64,000 nt of DNA from NCBI GenBank assembly GCA_963816145.1, contig CAWFJP010000003.1, forward strand, positions 64,001-128,000, read 5' to 3'. The stretch's first letter is position 1; every line of letters begins with the position of its first letter. The position numbers were made by a program, and so were the translations under genes. The notes below the pieces were generated by a model that was given only the letters and a program-made list of their open reading frames with translations, had not been told where the DNA came from and did not search any database. Source of the stretch: an uncultured delta proteobacterium (lineage in GTDB: Bacteria; Desulfobacterota; Binatia; UBA9968). Below, one piece after another: positions 29,065 through 36,646 of the stretch.

Positions 29065-29865
29065 ATGAAAGTTTTGCAGCTCGCCTCCTGCATGGCGGAA
29101 AATACCGAACCCTTCTGTAGCGCAATCGCCGAGATCCTCGAGATCGAGGTCGGGATCCCGTTTGAATATGTCACGGGAATTCCTTGGCAAGAACGCGAGC
29201 GTTTATTCGACTTGGGCGAAATCCAGATTCTTTGGCTGTGTGGCCTGCCCTATGTCAGCAAAGCCGATCTCGTTGACAGCGGCATGGAACTGCTTGCAGT
29301 GCCGGTCCCAGCGGGGCCGCGCTACCATGGGCGGCCGGTGTATTTTTCCGATGTTATCGTGCATCGAAAAAGCTCATTCGAGTCGTTCGTCGATCTACGA
29401 GGCGCCGCCTTCGCCTATAACGAGCCGCGTTCCCATTCTGGATTCAATGTCGTGCGCGCTTACTTGGCCGAACTCGGCCAGCGCGACGGTTACTTCGGCA
29501 GCGTCGTCGAATCCGGCGCCCATGCGCGGTCGATCGAAATGATTCTATCGGGCTCGGTTGATTGTGCGGCGATCGACAGCACTGTATTGGAGTGGTTCCA
29601 GGCTCAGCGATGGGTTTTTCGCGACGAGCTGCGCGTTATCGAAACCATCGGCCCTAGTCCGATTCCGCCCTGGGTGGTTTCGACGAAATTGTCCGCCGAT
29701 CTACGCTGCCAAATCCGCCAGCTGCTGCTGAAACTCCACTTACTTCCACGAGGCCGGGCCGCGTTGGCGCAGGCGCAACTGGCGAAATTTATTTCTGCCG
29801 AGGATCGCGACTACGACCCGATTCGCCGCATGGCGCGCGTGGCGGAATCGGTTTTGCTCGCTTAG
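29065..29865 (+). CDS. PhnD-like (phosphate/phosphonate-binding fold) protein lacking a signal peptide
   Basis: WLCGLPY, YFSDVIV, AYNEPRSHSG, SGAHARS, AAIDS, GPSPIPP. Confidence 0.8.
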   Translation: MKVLQLASCMAENTEPFCSAIAEILEIEVGIPFEYVTGIPWQERERLFDLGEIQILWLCGLPYVSKADLVDSGMELLAVPVPAGPRYHGRPVYFSDVIVHRKSSFESFVDLRGAAFAYNEPRSHSGFNVVRAYLAELGQRDGYFGSVVESGAHARSIEMILSGSVDCAAIDSTVLEWFQAQRWVFRDELRVIETIGPSPIPPWVVSTKLSADLRCQIRQLLLKLHLLPRGRAALAQAQLAKFISAEDRDYDPIRRMARVAESVLLA

Positions 29866-29931
29866 AGTCTATGCTAGAACATTCACCGTGCGCAGGAGCA
29901 CATCGCTAAGACAAGAAGGAGGTCAACGAGA

Positions 29932-30396
29932 ATGGCGAGTTTAGAAGGCAAGAAAGCGCCGGCGTTTAGCCTTGAGGGCAACGATGGCAAGAACCATTCG
30001 TTGGAAGATTACAAAGGTAAAACGGTGGTGATGTTTTTCTATCCAAAAGACAGCACCCCTGGCTGAACTAAGGAAGCTTGCGGGTTCCGTGATTTGAACC
30101 CCTCACTCAAAAAGAAAAATGTTGTCGTTCTTGGCGTCAGCAAAGACACCATCGAGTCGCACAACAAGTTTGCCGAGAAGTATCAGTTGCCCTACGTGCT
30201 GCTGTCGGACCCCAAAACCGAAGTCATGAAAAAATACAGCGCGTTCGGCAAGAAGATGATGTATGGCAAGGAAGTGCAGGGAACGATTCGCTCGACCGTT
30301 GTCATCGGCCCTAAAGGCGATGTAATCAAACATTGGCCGACGGTCAAGAAGGCCGAGGAACATCCGAAAGAAGTGCTGGCGTTCCTCAATGGCTAA
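29932..30396 (+). CDS. bcp: selenocysteine-containing peroxiredoxin (BCP/PrxQ family), 154 aa, Sec at TGA 30064-30066
   Basis: RBS aaggagg and ATG 29932 give [14 protein letters not shown]...[19 protein letters not shown], in frame with the ORF 30094..30396. Confidence 0.9.
30078..30092 (+). promoter_or_regulatory. putative bacterial SECIS hairpin (Prx 2)
   Basis: ttgcgg-gtt-ccgtga; same gcgggttccg core and same spacing from the UGA as in Prx 1. Confidence 0.55.
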
Positions 30397-30528
30397 TTCG
30401 ATTCCCTCGGTACTTTACATGAGCGCAATTGCGTCCGGTTTCATCGTAATAAATTAGGATTGACATCGGCTCATGGCGTGATATTTTTCCGTCATCGTAA
30501 ATTTCTATCTCTTTAAGAGGGTGAAACT

Positions 30529-31626
30529 ATGCATCGACGGGAGTTTTTGAAGCAGGGATTGAGCGCCTCGGCGGGATTGGCCTTGGCGGGCATGCCCAGG
30601 TTTGCCGGTTGGGCCTACGCAGACGACCCGACCAAGTGGCGCACTTTTGAAGTCACAACGATTATCGAGGTTAAGGATGCGGTGGGTGGTGTGCGCGCCT
30701 GGGTTCCGGTGCCCTTAACCACCAATACGGATTATTTCAAACGCGAACCCGATACCTGGACCGGCAACTTCAAATCCGCGCGGGCGGTGCAGTATGACAA
30801 ATATGGCACCGGTATTGTTTTCGCGGAATGGGCTCCGAGCGAAAAGGCCCCCCAGCTGGAAGTAAAAAGCAAGTTCATGACCCGCGACCGGGCGATCGAT
30901 GTGAACGGCAAACCGGCGGCCGCGGCAAAAGAAAACGCCGCGGTGCTCAACTATTTCCGCCAGCCCTCCAAATTGATCCGCACCGACGGTGTCGTCGCCA
31001 GCACTTCGAAGAGCATCGTGATGGGGTATAAGAACGATGTCGATAAGGCCAAAGCGATTTACGAATGGATTGTCGACAACACCTTCCGCGACGCCAAGGT
31101 CAAAGGTTGCGGCATCGGCGATATCTCAACCATGCTCGAAAGTGGCTACTTAGGCGGCAAGTGCGCCGATCTAAATGCGCTCTATGTCGGTCTCGCGCGC
31201 GCCGCCGGTTTGCCCGCCCGCGATGTCTACGGCATTCGTGTCGCGAATTCTTCGGAGTTTAAGAGCTTGGGGCGCGCTGACGACATCACCGGGGCGCAGC
31301 ATTGCCGCGCCGAGGTCTATCTCAATGGCCTTGGCTGGACGCCGGTGGATCCTGCCGACGTGCGCAAAGTCGTCCTCGAAGAGAATTTGCCAGGCGAACC
31401 GTTACCGTTGACCGATGCCAAGGTCAAACGGGCGCGAGAGAAATTGTTTGGCGCCTGGGAAATGAACTGGCTGCCGTACAACTACGGTCACGACATCAAA
31501 CTGCCCGGATCGAAGCTGCCAGAAATCGCCTTCCTAATGTATCCGCAATTGGAAACCGCCAACGGCCGACGCGACAGTCTGGACCCGGCGAATTTCAAAT
31601 ACACGATCAAGTCGAAAGAAGTCTAA
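30529..31626 (+). CDS. Tat-exported transglutaminase-like protein
   Basis: HRREFLK twin-arginine signal; triad GKCADLN, QHCRAE, PVDPAD. Confidence 0.88.
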   Translation: MHRREFLKQGLSASAGLALAGMPRFAGWAYADDPTKWRTFEVTTIIEVKDAVGGVRAWVPVPLTTNTDYFKREPDTWTGNFKSARAVQYDKYGTGIVFAEWAPSEKAPQLEVKSKFMTRDRAIDVNGKPAAAAKENAAVLNYFRQPSKLIRTDGVVASTSKSIVMGYKNDVDKAKAIYEWIVDNTFRDAKVKGCGIGDISTMLESGYLGGKCADLNALYVGLARAAGLPARDVYGIRVANSSEFKSLGRADDITGAQHCRAEVYLNGLGWTPVDPADVRKVVLEENLPGEPLPLTDAKVKRAREKLFGAWEMNWLPYNYGHDIKLPGSKLPEIAFLMYPQLETANGRRDSLDPANFKYTIKSKEV

Positions 31627-31652
31627 AATTCTCATCCTGAAGCGGGTTTCGT

Positions 31653-31688
31653 AAGCGAGGCCTCCACATTGTGGGGGCCTCGCTTTTT
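31653..31688 (+). terminator. rho-independent terminator
   Basis: aagcgaggcctccac-att-gtgggggcctcgc-ttttt. Confidence 0.85.
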
Positions 31689-31719
31689 GTAAGAGCTGGG
31701 CTGGAGAAGAGGGGGAATA

Positions 31720-31791
31720 TCACCACAGAGGGCACAGTGATCACAGAGAAATTGAATCTTATCTCTGTGTGCTCTGTGATCTCTGTGGTGA
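31720..31791. repeat. 9-bp-period inverted hairpin repeat (cacaga-nnn)3 / (ctctgtg-nn)3
   Basis: tcaccacagagggcacagtgatcacagag ... ctctgtgtgctctgtgatctctgtggtga. Confidence 0.85.
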
Positions 31792-31846
31792 CAAATCCTG
31801 CCGCTTGATGCGCGACCCCTCACGGTTATGAGGGATCACCGGCAAA

Positions 31847-32704
31847 TTACCGGCTCAAAGCTTCTTGGATCGCACGAGCGACATAAACATGAGTGAGATG
31901 AGCGCGGTATTCGGAAGATCCGTTGATGTCTTCGATCACTTCGATATTGCGCGTCGACTCGGCGGCCGCGTCCTCAATCAATTTTGCGTCGAGCTTCTTG
32001 CCGCTTAACATCTGCTCCGTACGCTCGGGGCGATAAGCTTTGTCGCCGACGCCGGTAACGCCAATCGCCGCGTGGGTGCATATGCCCGCGCTATCGACCG
32101 CCATGCGCACGGCGACGCCGGTAACGGCGAAGCCCGAGGAGCGCGGCGCGGCTTTCTGATACGCGGTCTTGTCGTTGCCGGTCACCGGCACTTTGATGCC
32201 GGTGACGATCTCGTCGGCTTCCAACACGCTCATCAGCAGCCCAAGAAAAAAATCATCGCACTTGACCCAGCGCTCGCCGTTTGGCCCGAAAACGCGAATC
32301 TCGGCGTCGAGGGCGATCACCGCTGCTGGCCAATCGCCGGCCGGATCGGCGTGGGCGACGCTGCCGCCGATGGTGCCGCGGTTGCGCACTTGGACGTCGG
32401 CAATGGTGGTCGCAGTTTGCGGCAGGAGGGGACATTTGACCTTGAGCAAGTCGGAATATTCGATCTGTTCGTGGGTGACCAGCGCGCCGATCACCAAGTT
32501 GTTGCCCTCTTCGCTGATCGTAGCCAAACCGGGGATGCGGCCGATGTCGACGACGTACCCTGGTTTCGACAGGCGCATCTTCATCAATGGCAGCAGACTC
32601 TGGCCGCCGGAAAGTATTTTGACGTCGTCTTTATGGTCCGAGAGGAACTTGACGGCGTCGGTCAAAGAACGGGGCGCGTAGTATTCGAATGCACCGGGAA
32701 TCAT
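31847..32704 (-). CDS. Mo-hydroxylase FAD-binding subunit (CoxM-like)
   Basis: GGQSLLPLMKMRL, IADVQVRNRGTIGGS, ADPAGD. Confidence 0.92.
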   Translation of the reverse strand: MIPGAFEYYAPRSLTDAVKFLSDHKDDVKILSGGQSLLPLMKMRLSKPGYVVDIGRIPGLATISEEGNNLVIGALVTHEQIEYSDLLKVKCPLLPQTATTIADVQVRNRGTIGGSVAHADPAGDWPAAVIALDAEIRVFGPNGERWVKCDDFFLGLLMSVLEADEIVTGIKVPVTGNDKTAYQKAAPRSSGFAVTGVAVRMAVDSAGICTHAAIGVTGVGDKAYRPERTEQMLSGKKLDAKLIEDAAAESTRNIEVIEDINGSSEYRAHLTHVYVARAIQEALSR

Positions 32705-32706
32705 GA

Positions 32707-35133
32707 CTAGAAAGTCCTCCGCTCTTTTTCCGGATTGTGATTGATCAGGCGCCACACTGCCTCCGGCGTGATCGGCAGTTCGCAAACCTTGGCGCCATAC
32801 TGTTGCAGTGCATCCTCCACGGCGCTGGCGATTGCGGCCGGCGACGGTATGGCTGCGCCTTCACCAGCGGCTTTCTGGCCGAGCGACGTAAACGGCGACG
32901 GCGAGGGTTGATGGATGACCTCGACACGCGGTGTTTCGGCCGCCGAGCATTTGCCGTAATCAAGATAGGTGATCGTCAGCGGTTGGCCCTCGGGGCTGTA
33001 CATGAAACCCTCGCCCAAGGCAACGGCGATGCCATGGGCCGCCGAGCCGTAGACCTGGCCGTTGACGACATCGGGATTGATCACCGTGCCGTTGTCACCG
33101 ACGATCAAATAGCGCAGCACGTGCACCGAACCGGTGTTCTTGTCGACTTCAACGATGGCGGCATGGGCGCCGGCGGAAAAGGTGAACTGCGCACGCACCT
33201 TGCGGTCGGCGCCGGGAACGATGTTCGGTTTGGCGTGGGGGAAGGTATAGTAGAAAGTCGCTTCCAATCCGGCTTCCATGCCGTCGGGGATCAGATGCTG
33301 GTTGTTGTAGGCGATGCGGCCCAACTCGGCGAAGGTGATTTGCTTCGCCGCCGCGCCGGGAACTTTGACCACGCTGTCTTCAATGATCAGTTCGGACGGT
33401 TGGGCTTTGAGATTGAAGGCGGCCAACTGCAAGATCTTCTCGCGCAGCTTGGTCGCCGCGCCATGGATCGCGCCGATGTCGTATAAGTGAAAGTTATTGC
33501 CGCTGTTGGCTGCTGCCACGCCCCATGCCGACAGGTCGCTATCGAAGGGGATGCTGGTGGAAATTTTGTCCGGCGACGCGCCGAGAACATCGGCGGCAAC
33601 CTGGGCCGTCGTTGTTTCGTGGGCCTGGCCGCAATTGGGCGAACCCAAATTGAGAGTCAATGTGCCGTTCTTTTCCAGTTTAATTTTCGCGCCGTTGACG
33701 CCGCCCGATCCGGGCGGTTCCTTCATCTCGGGAAAGATCGCCATGTCGCGGGCGGCGTTTCTTCCGCCGGGTTCGACGCCGACGACTACACCGACGCCCA
33801 GGAGCCGGCCTTGCTCGCGGGCTTCTTTCTGCTCGACCAGAAGATTGTCGTAGTCGATCTTTTCCAGCAGGGTTTTCAGCAGTCCGGGGTAGTCGCCGCT
33901 GTCGTAGACGTTGCCGCTGATGGTGCTGTATGGCATTTCATTGGCCTGGATCAGATTTTTTCGGCGCACTTCGATGGGGCTCAAATTGAGCGCTTGGGCC
34001 ACCCGATCCATCATCCGTTCCCAGATGAAACACATGCCCGGCTTGCCGATGCCGCGGTTTGGGATGACCGGGCACTTGTTGGTCACCACCGCGTTGCCTT
34101 CCATGTAAATGGCCGGGGTTTTGTAAGTATTCGACAGGTTATTGAGCTTGTTGGTGAAGTGAATCGTCAGCGTGCTGATGGTGCCACCGACGTCGTCATA
34201 TTCTTTGAACTTGAGACCGAGCACGGTGCCGTCGTTCTTCACCGCCGCCTCGGCTTCGACTTCCTGGTTGCAAGCGTGACCGCCGGCCATCATATGCTCG
34301 GTGCGGTCCTCGACCCACTTTACCGGCCGCCCGGTTTTCATCGCCAATAGCGAAACCAGCACGACGTACTTGCGGATCAAGTGAATTTTTTGACCAAAGC
34401 CGCCGCCGACATCGGGAATGATCACTCGGACGTCCTGCAGCCCTAGCGCTTCGCGCAGGCCGTCATAAATCACTTCCGGTACTTGCGCGGTTACCCAGAC
34501 CGTCAAGCGTTTGCTCGCCGCATCATAGGACGCGATGACGTTGAAAGGCTCCAATGGCGTCGAGCTGTAGCGATGGATTTTTAGTTTCTCGGTAACCACG
34601 CGATCGGCGGACTTGAATGCCGCGTCGATGTCGCCGTATTGCAGCGAACCGGTCCAGGCGAGATTGGTGCCGAGTTCGTCAAACAAAGCCGCCGCCGATG
34701 GTTTGATCGCCTCGTGAACGTCGACATTCGGACGCAGCGGTTCATAGTCGACTTGGATCAACTCCAGGGCATCTTCCGCCGTGCCGCGATCCCACGCGGC
34801 GACCGCCCCGATCGGTTCGCCGACATAGCGGACTTTGTCCACGGCGCCGGCGTACTCATCGATCGGGCGCTTCAAACCGGCGGCATAGCGGCCCGGCTTG
34901 AACGGCTTGGTCATTTTTTTAACATCGTCGGGGGTCACCACGGCAAACACGTTGGGTTGTTTGAGCGCTTCGGAGGCGTCGACCGACAGGATCTTGGCGT
35001 GGGCGTGGGGACTGCGCAGGATCATCGCCTGAAGCATGCCCGGCAATTTGAAATCATCGGTGTAGAGACCGCGGCCGGTGACATGGCGCGGCCCCTCTTT
35101 GCTGCGTGAACGGTTGCCTACGAACTTAGCCAT
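32707..35133 (-). CDS. Mo-hydroxylase large subunit (CoxL-like fold, not a CO dehydrogenase)
   Basis: LRSPHAHA, DVGGGFGQK, active-site loop PNRGIG, YDSGDY, KAAGE. Confidence 0.9.
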   Translation of the reverse strand: MAKFVGNRSRSKEGPRHVTGRGLYTDDFKLPGMLQAMILRSPHAHAKILSVDASEALKQPNVFAVVTPDDVKKMTKPFKPGRYAAGLKRPIDEYAGAVDKVRYVGEPIGAVAAWDRGTAEDALELIQVDYEPLRPNVDVHEAIKPSAAALFDELGTNLAWTGSLQYGDIDAAFKSADRVVTEKLKIHRYSSTPLEPFNVIASYDAASKRLTVWVTAQVPEVIYDGLREALGLQDVRVIIPDVGGGFGQKIHLIRKYVVLVSLLAMKTGRPVKWVEDRTEHMMAGGHACNQEVEAEAAVKNDGTVLGLKFKEYDDVGGTISTLTIHFTNKLNNLSNTYKTPAIYMEGNAVVTNKCPVIPNRGIGKPGMCFIWERMMDRVAQALNLSPIEVRRKNLIQANEMPYSTISGNVYDSGDYPGLLKTLLEKIDYDNLLVEQKEAREQGRLLGVGVVVGVEPGGRNAARDMAIFPEMKEPPGSGGVNGAKIKLEKNGTLTLNLGSPNCGQAHETTTAQVAADVLGASPDKISTSIPFDSDLSAWGVAAANSGNNFHLYDIGAIHGAATKLREKILQLAAFNLKAQPSELIIEDSVVKVPGAAAKQITFAELGRIAYNNQHLIPDGMEAGLEATFYYTFPHAKPNIVPGADRKVRAQFTFSAGAHAAIVEVDKNTGSVHVLRYLIVGDNGTVINPDVVNGQVYGSAAHGIAVALGEGFMYSPEGQPLTITYLDYGKCSAAETPRVEVIHQPSPSPFTSLGQKAAGEGAAIPSPAAIASAVEDALQQYGAKVCELPITPEAVWRLINHNPEKERRTF

Positions 35134-35599
35134 TTTTCATTCCCTTTGCCGCCTCTTTCACGGCGTCGACGATCTGCACATAGCCGGTGCACATGCAAAG
35201 ATTGCCGGCCAACGCTTTACGGATTTCGTCTTCCGATGGATTGGGGTTTTTCTGCAACAGCGCGTAGCTGGTCATCACCATGCCCGGCGTGCAGTAGCCG
35301 CACTGAAAAGCGTAGTTTTTGACGAACGCTTCCTGCACCGGATTGAGCTCGCCGTCTTTGGCCAGTCCTTCGATAGTCGTGATCTCGCGCCCATCGGCCT
35401 GCACCGCGAAATGCAGACATGACTTGACGACTTTGCCATCGAGCAGCACCGAGCAGGCGCCGCACTCGCCGATGACGCAGCCGACATGGGTGCCGGTCAG
35501 ACCTATGGTCTCGCGCAAGAAATGCGCGAGCAAAATACGCGGTTCGACCTCTTCTTCGTAGAGCCGACCGTTAATGGTCACACGAATGGTTTGCTTCAT
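35126..35599 (-). CDS. Mo-hydroxylase [2Fe-2S] subunit (CoxS-like)
   Basis: GCVIGECGAC, QCGYCTPG, NLCMCTGY. Confidence 0.93.
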   Translation of the reverse strand: MKQTIRVTINGRLYEEEVEPRILLAHFLRETIGLTGTHVGCVIGECGACSVLLDGKVVKSCLHFAVQADGREITTIEGLAKDGELNPVQEAFVKNYAFQCGYCTPGMVMTSYALLQKNPNPSEDEIRKALAGNLCMCTGYVQIVDAVKEAAKGMKNG

Positions 35600-35633
35600 A
35601 AGGAATCTAACCTAACTTTTGATACTGCAAGCG

Positions 35634-36494
35634 TCAACTAATCCGTTGGCAGGCTTCTTGAGCGGCACGGGGCACCAAGACTTTTACCAGCTCACGTTTG
35701 TAGTCCGCCGAGCCGCGGTTGTCGTCGGTGGGGTCGCATTCGCTGGCGGCGACTTCGCCCATTTCGCGGAGTAGGTCGTCGTTGATCGTTTTGCCGCGAA
35801 TGACGGCTTCTGCATTCTTGGCGTGGACGATGGTGGCGGAGACGGAATTTAAACCCAAGCGCACGTCTTCGCAGACCCCATTTGTCACTCGCAGCGTGAT
35901 CGCGACGCCCACGGTGGCGAAATCTTCGACGCTGCGCGGCGTGAACTTGATATGCGCCCAGCCGGTCCGACTCGGTGGAGGGACATGGATCTCAGTCAGC
36001 AGCTCGCTGGGCTCCATGGCGGTTTGATAGTAGTCGATAAAGAATTCGTCCAGCGGCAAAGTCCGCTGGCCTTTGCTACTGGTGAGCGTCACTTCGGCGT
36101 CTAACGCAATCAAGCTCGCGCCGGGATCGGTGAGCGGGTCGCCGCCGGCGAGGTTGCCGCCGATAGTACCCATGTTGCGGATGCGCGGTTGGGCGACTTT
36201 GCGGAAGGTTTCATGGAGCAGGGGATAGTGCTGCTTCACCGCTTTCGACAGCTCGATGTCGCGATGGCGCGCACCGGCGCCGATGCGCAGGCCTTCTTTG
36301 GCGTTATAAGTAATCTTGTCGAACTTCGGCAGCCGCGCCAAGCTGATCACGACTTTGGGGGTGAGCAGTCGTTGGCGCATCATGATGATCATCGATGTGC
36401 CGCCGGCCATGACCCTGCCGTCGTCGCCGTGTTTTTCCATCAAGGCGAAGACTTTTTTCAGCGTCGTCGGTTCTTGGTAGTCGAATCTAATCAT
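35634..36494 (-). CDS. Mo-hydroxylase FAD-binding subunit
   Basis: AGGTS, IRNMGTIGGN, DNRGSADYK. Start set at MIRFDY because the upstream in-frame extension is repeat DNA. Confidence 0.9.
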   Translation of the reverse strand: MIRFDYQEPTTLKKVFALMEKHGDDGRVMAGGTSMIIMMRQRLLTPKVVISLARLPKFDKITYNAKEGLRIGAGARHRDIELSKAVKQHYPLLHETFRKVAQPRIRNMGTIGGNLAGGDPLTDPGASLIALDAEVTLTSSKGQRTLPLDEFFIDYYQTAMEPSELLTEIHVPPPSRTGWAHIKFTPRSVEDFATVGVAITLRVTNGVCEDVRLGLNSVSATIVHAKNAEAVIRGKTINDDLLREMGEVAASECDPTDDNRGSADYKRELVKVLVPRAAQEACQRIS

Positions 36495-36526
36495 GCGTCT
36501 GCTTGCCCGTGGGCCAAAAGAGGTTC

Positions 36527-36613
36527 TCACCACGAAGGACACGAAGAGCACGAAGTTCGGAACAATCATTAGTTTCTCTAAACCCTTCGTGCCCTTCGTG
36601 AGCTTCGTGGTGA
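36527..36613. repeat. 9-bp-period inverted hairpin repeat (cacgaag-nn)3 / (cttcgtg-nn)3
   Basis: tcaccacgaaggacacgaagagcacgaag ... cttcgtgcccttcgtgagcttcgtggtga. Confidence 0.88.
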
Positions 36614-36646
36614 AAGATTTTTTCGCTTTCATGTCTCGTGTGCGGC

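Noticed and set aside
25967-30066. Genome-wide UGA reassignment (Trp/Gly) as the explanation for the in-frame TGAs
   Set aside because: Many genes here end in TGA (e.g. 4222, 8142, 11145, 28746) and Trp is encoded by TGG; the two TGAs sit specifically at a catalytic Cys position.
32707-35133. Aerobic CO dehydrogenase (coxMSL)
   Set aside because: The large subunit lacks AYxCSFR and AYRGAGR, and there are no cox accessory genes.
36495-36632. 46-aa N-terminal extension of the FAD subunit
   Set aside because: It is the translation of the 9-bp hairpin repeat; homologous FAD subunits start at M.xFDY. It remains in frame, so use of the upstream start cannot be strictly excluded.
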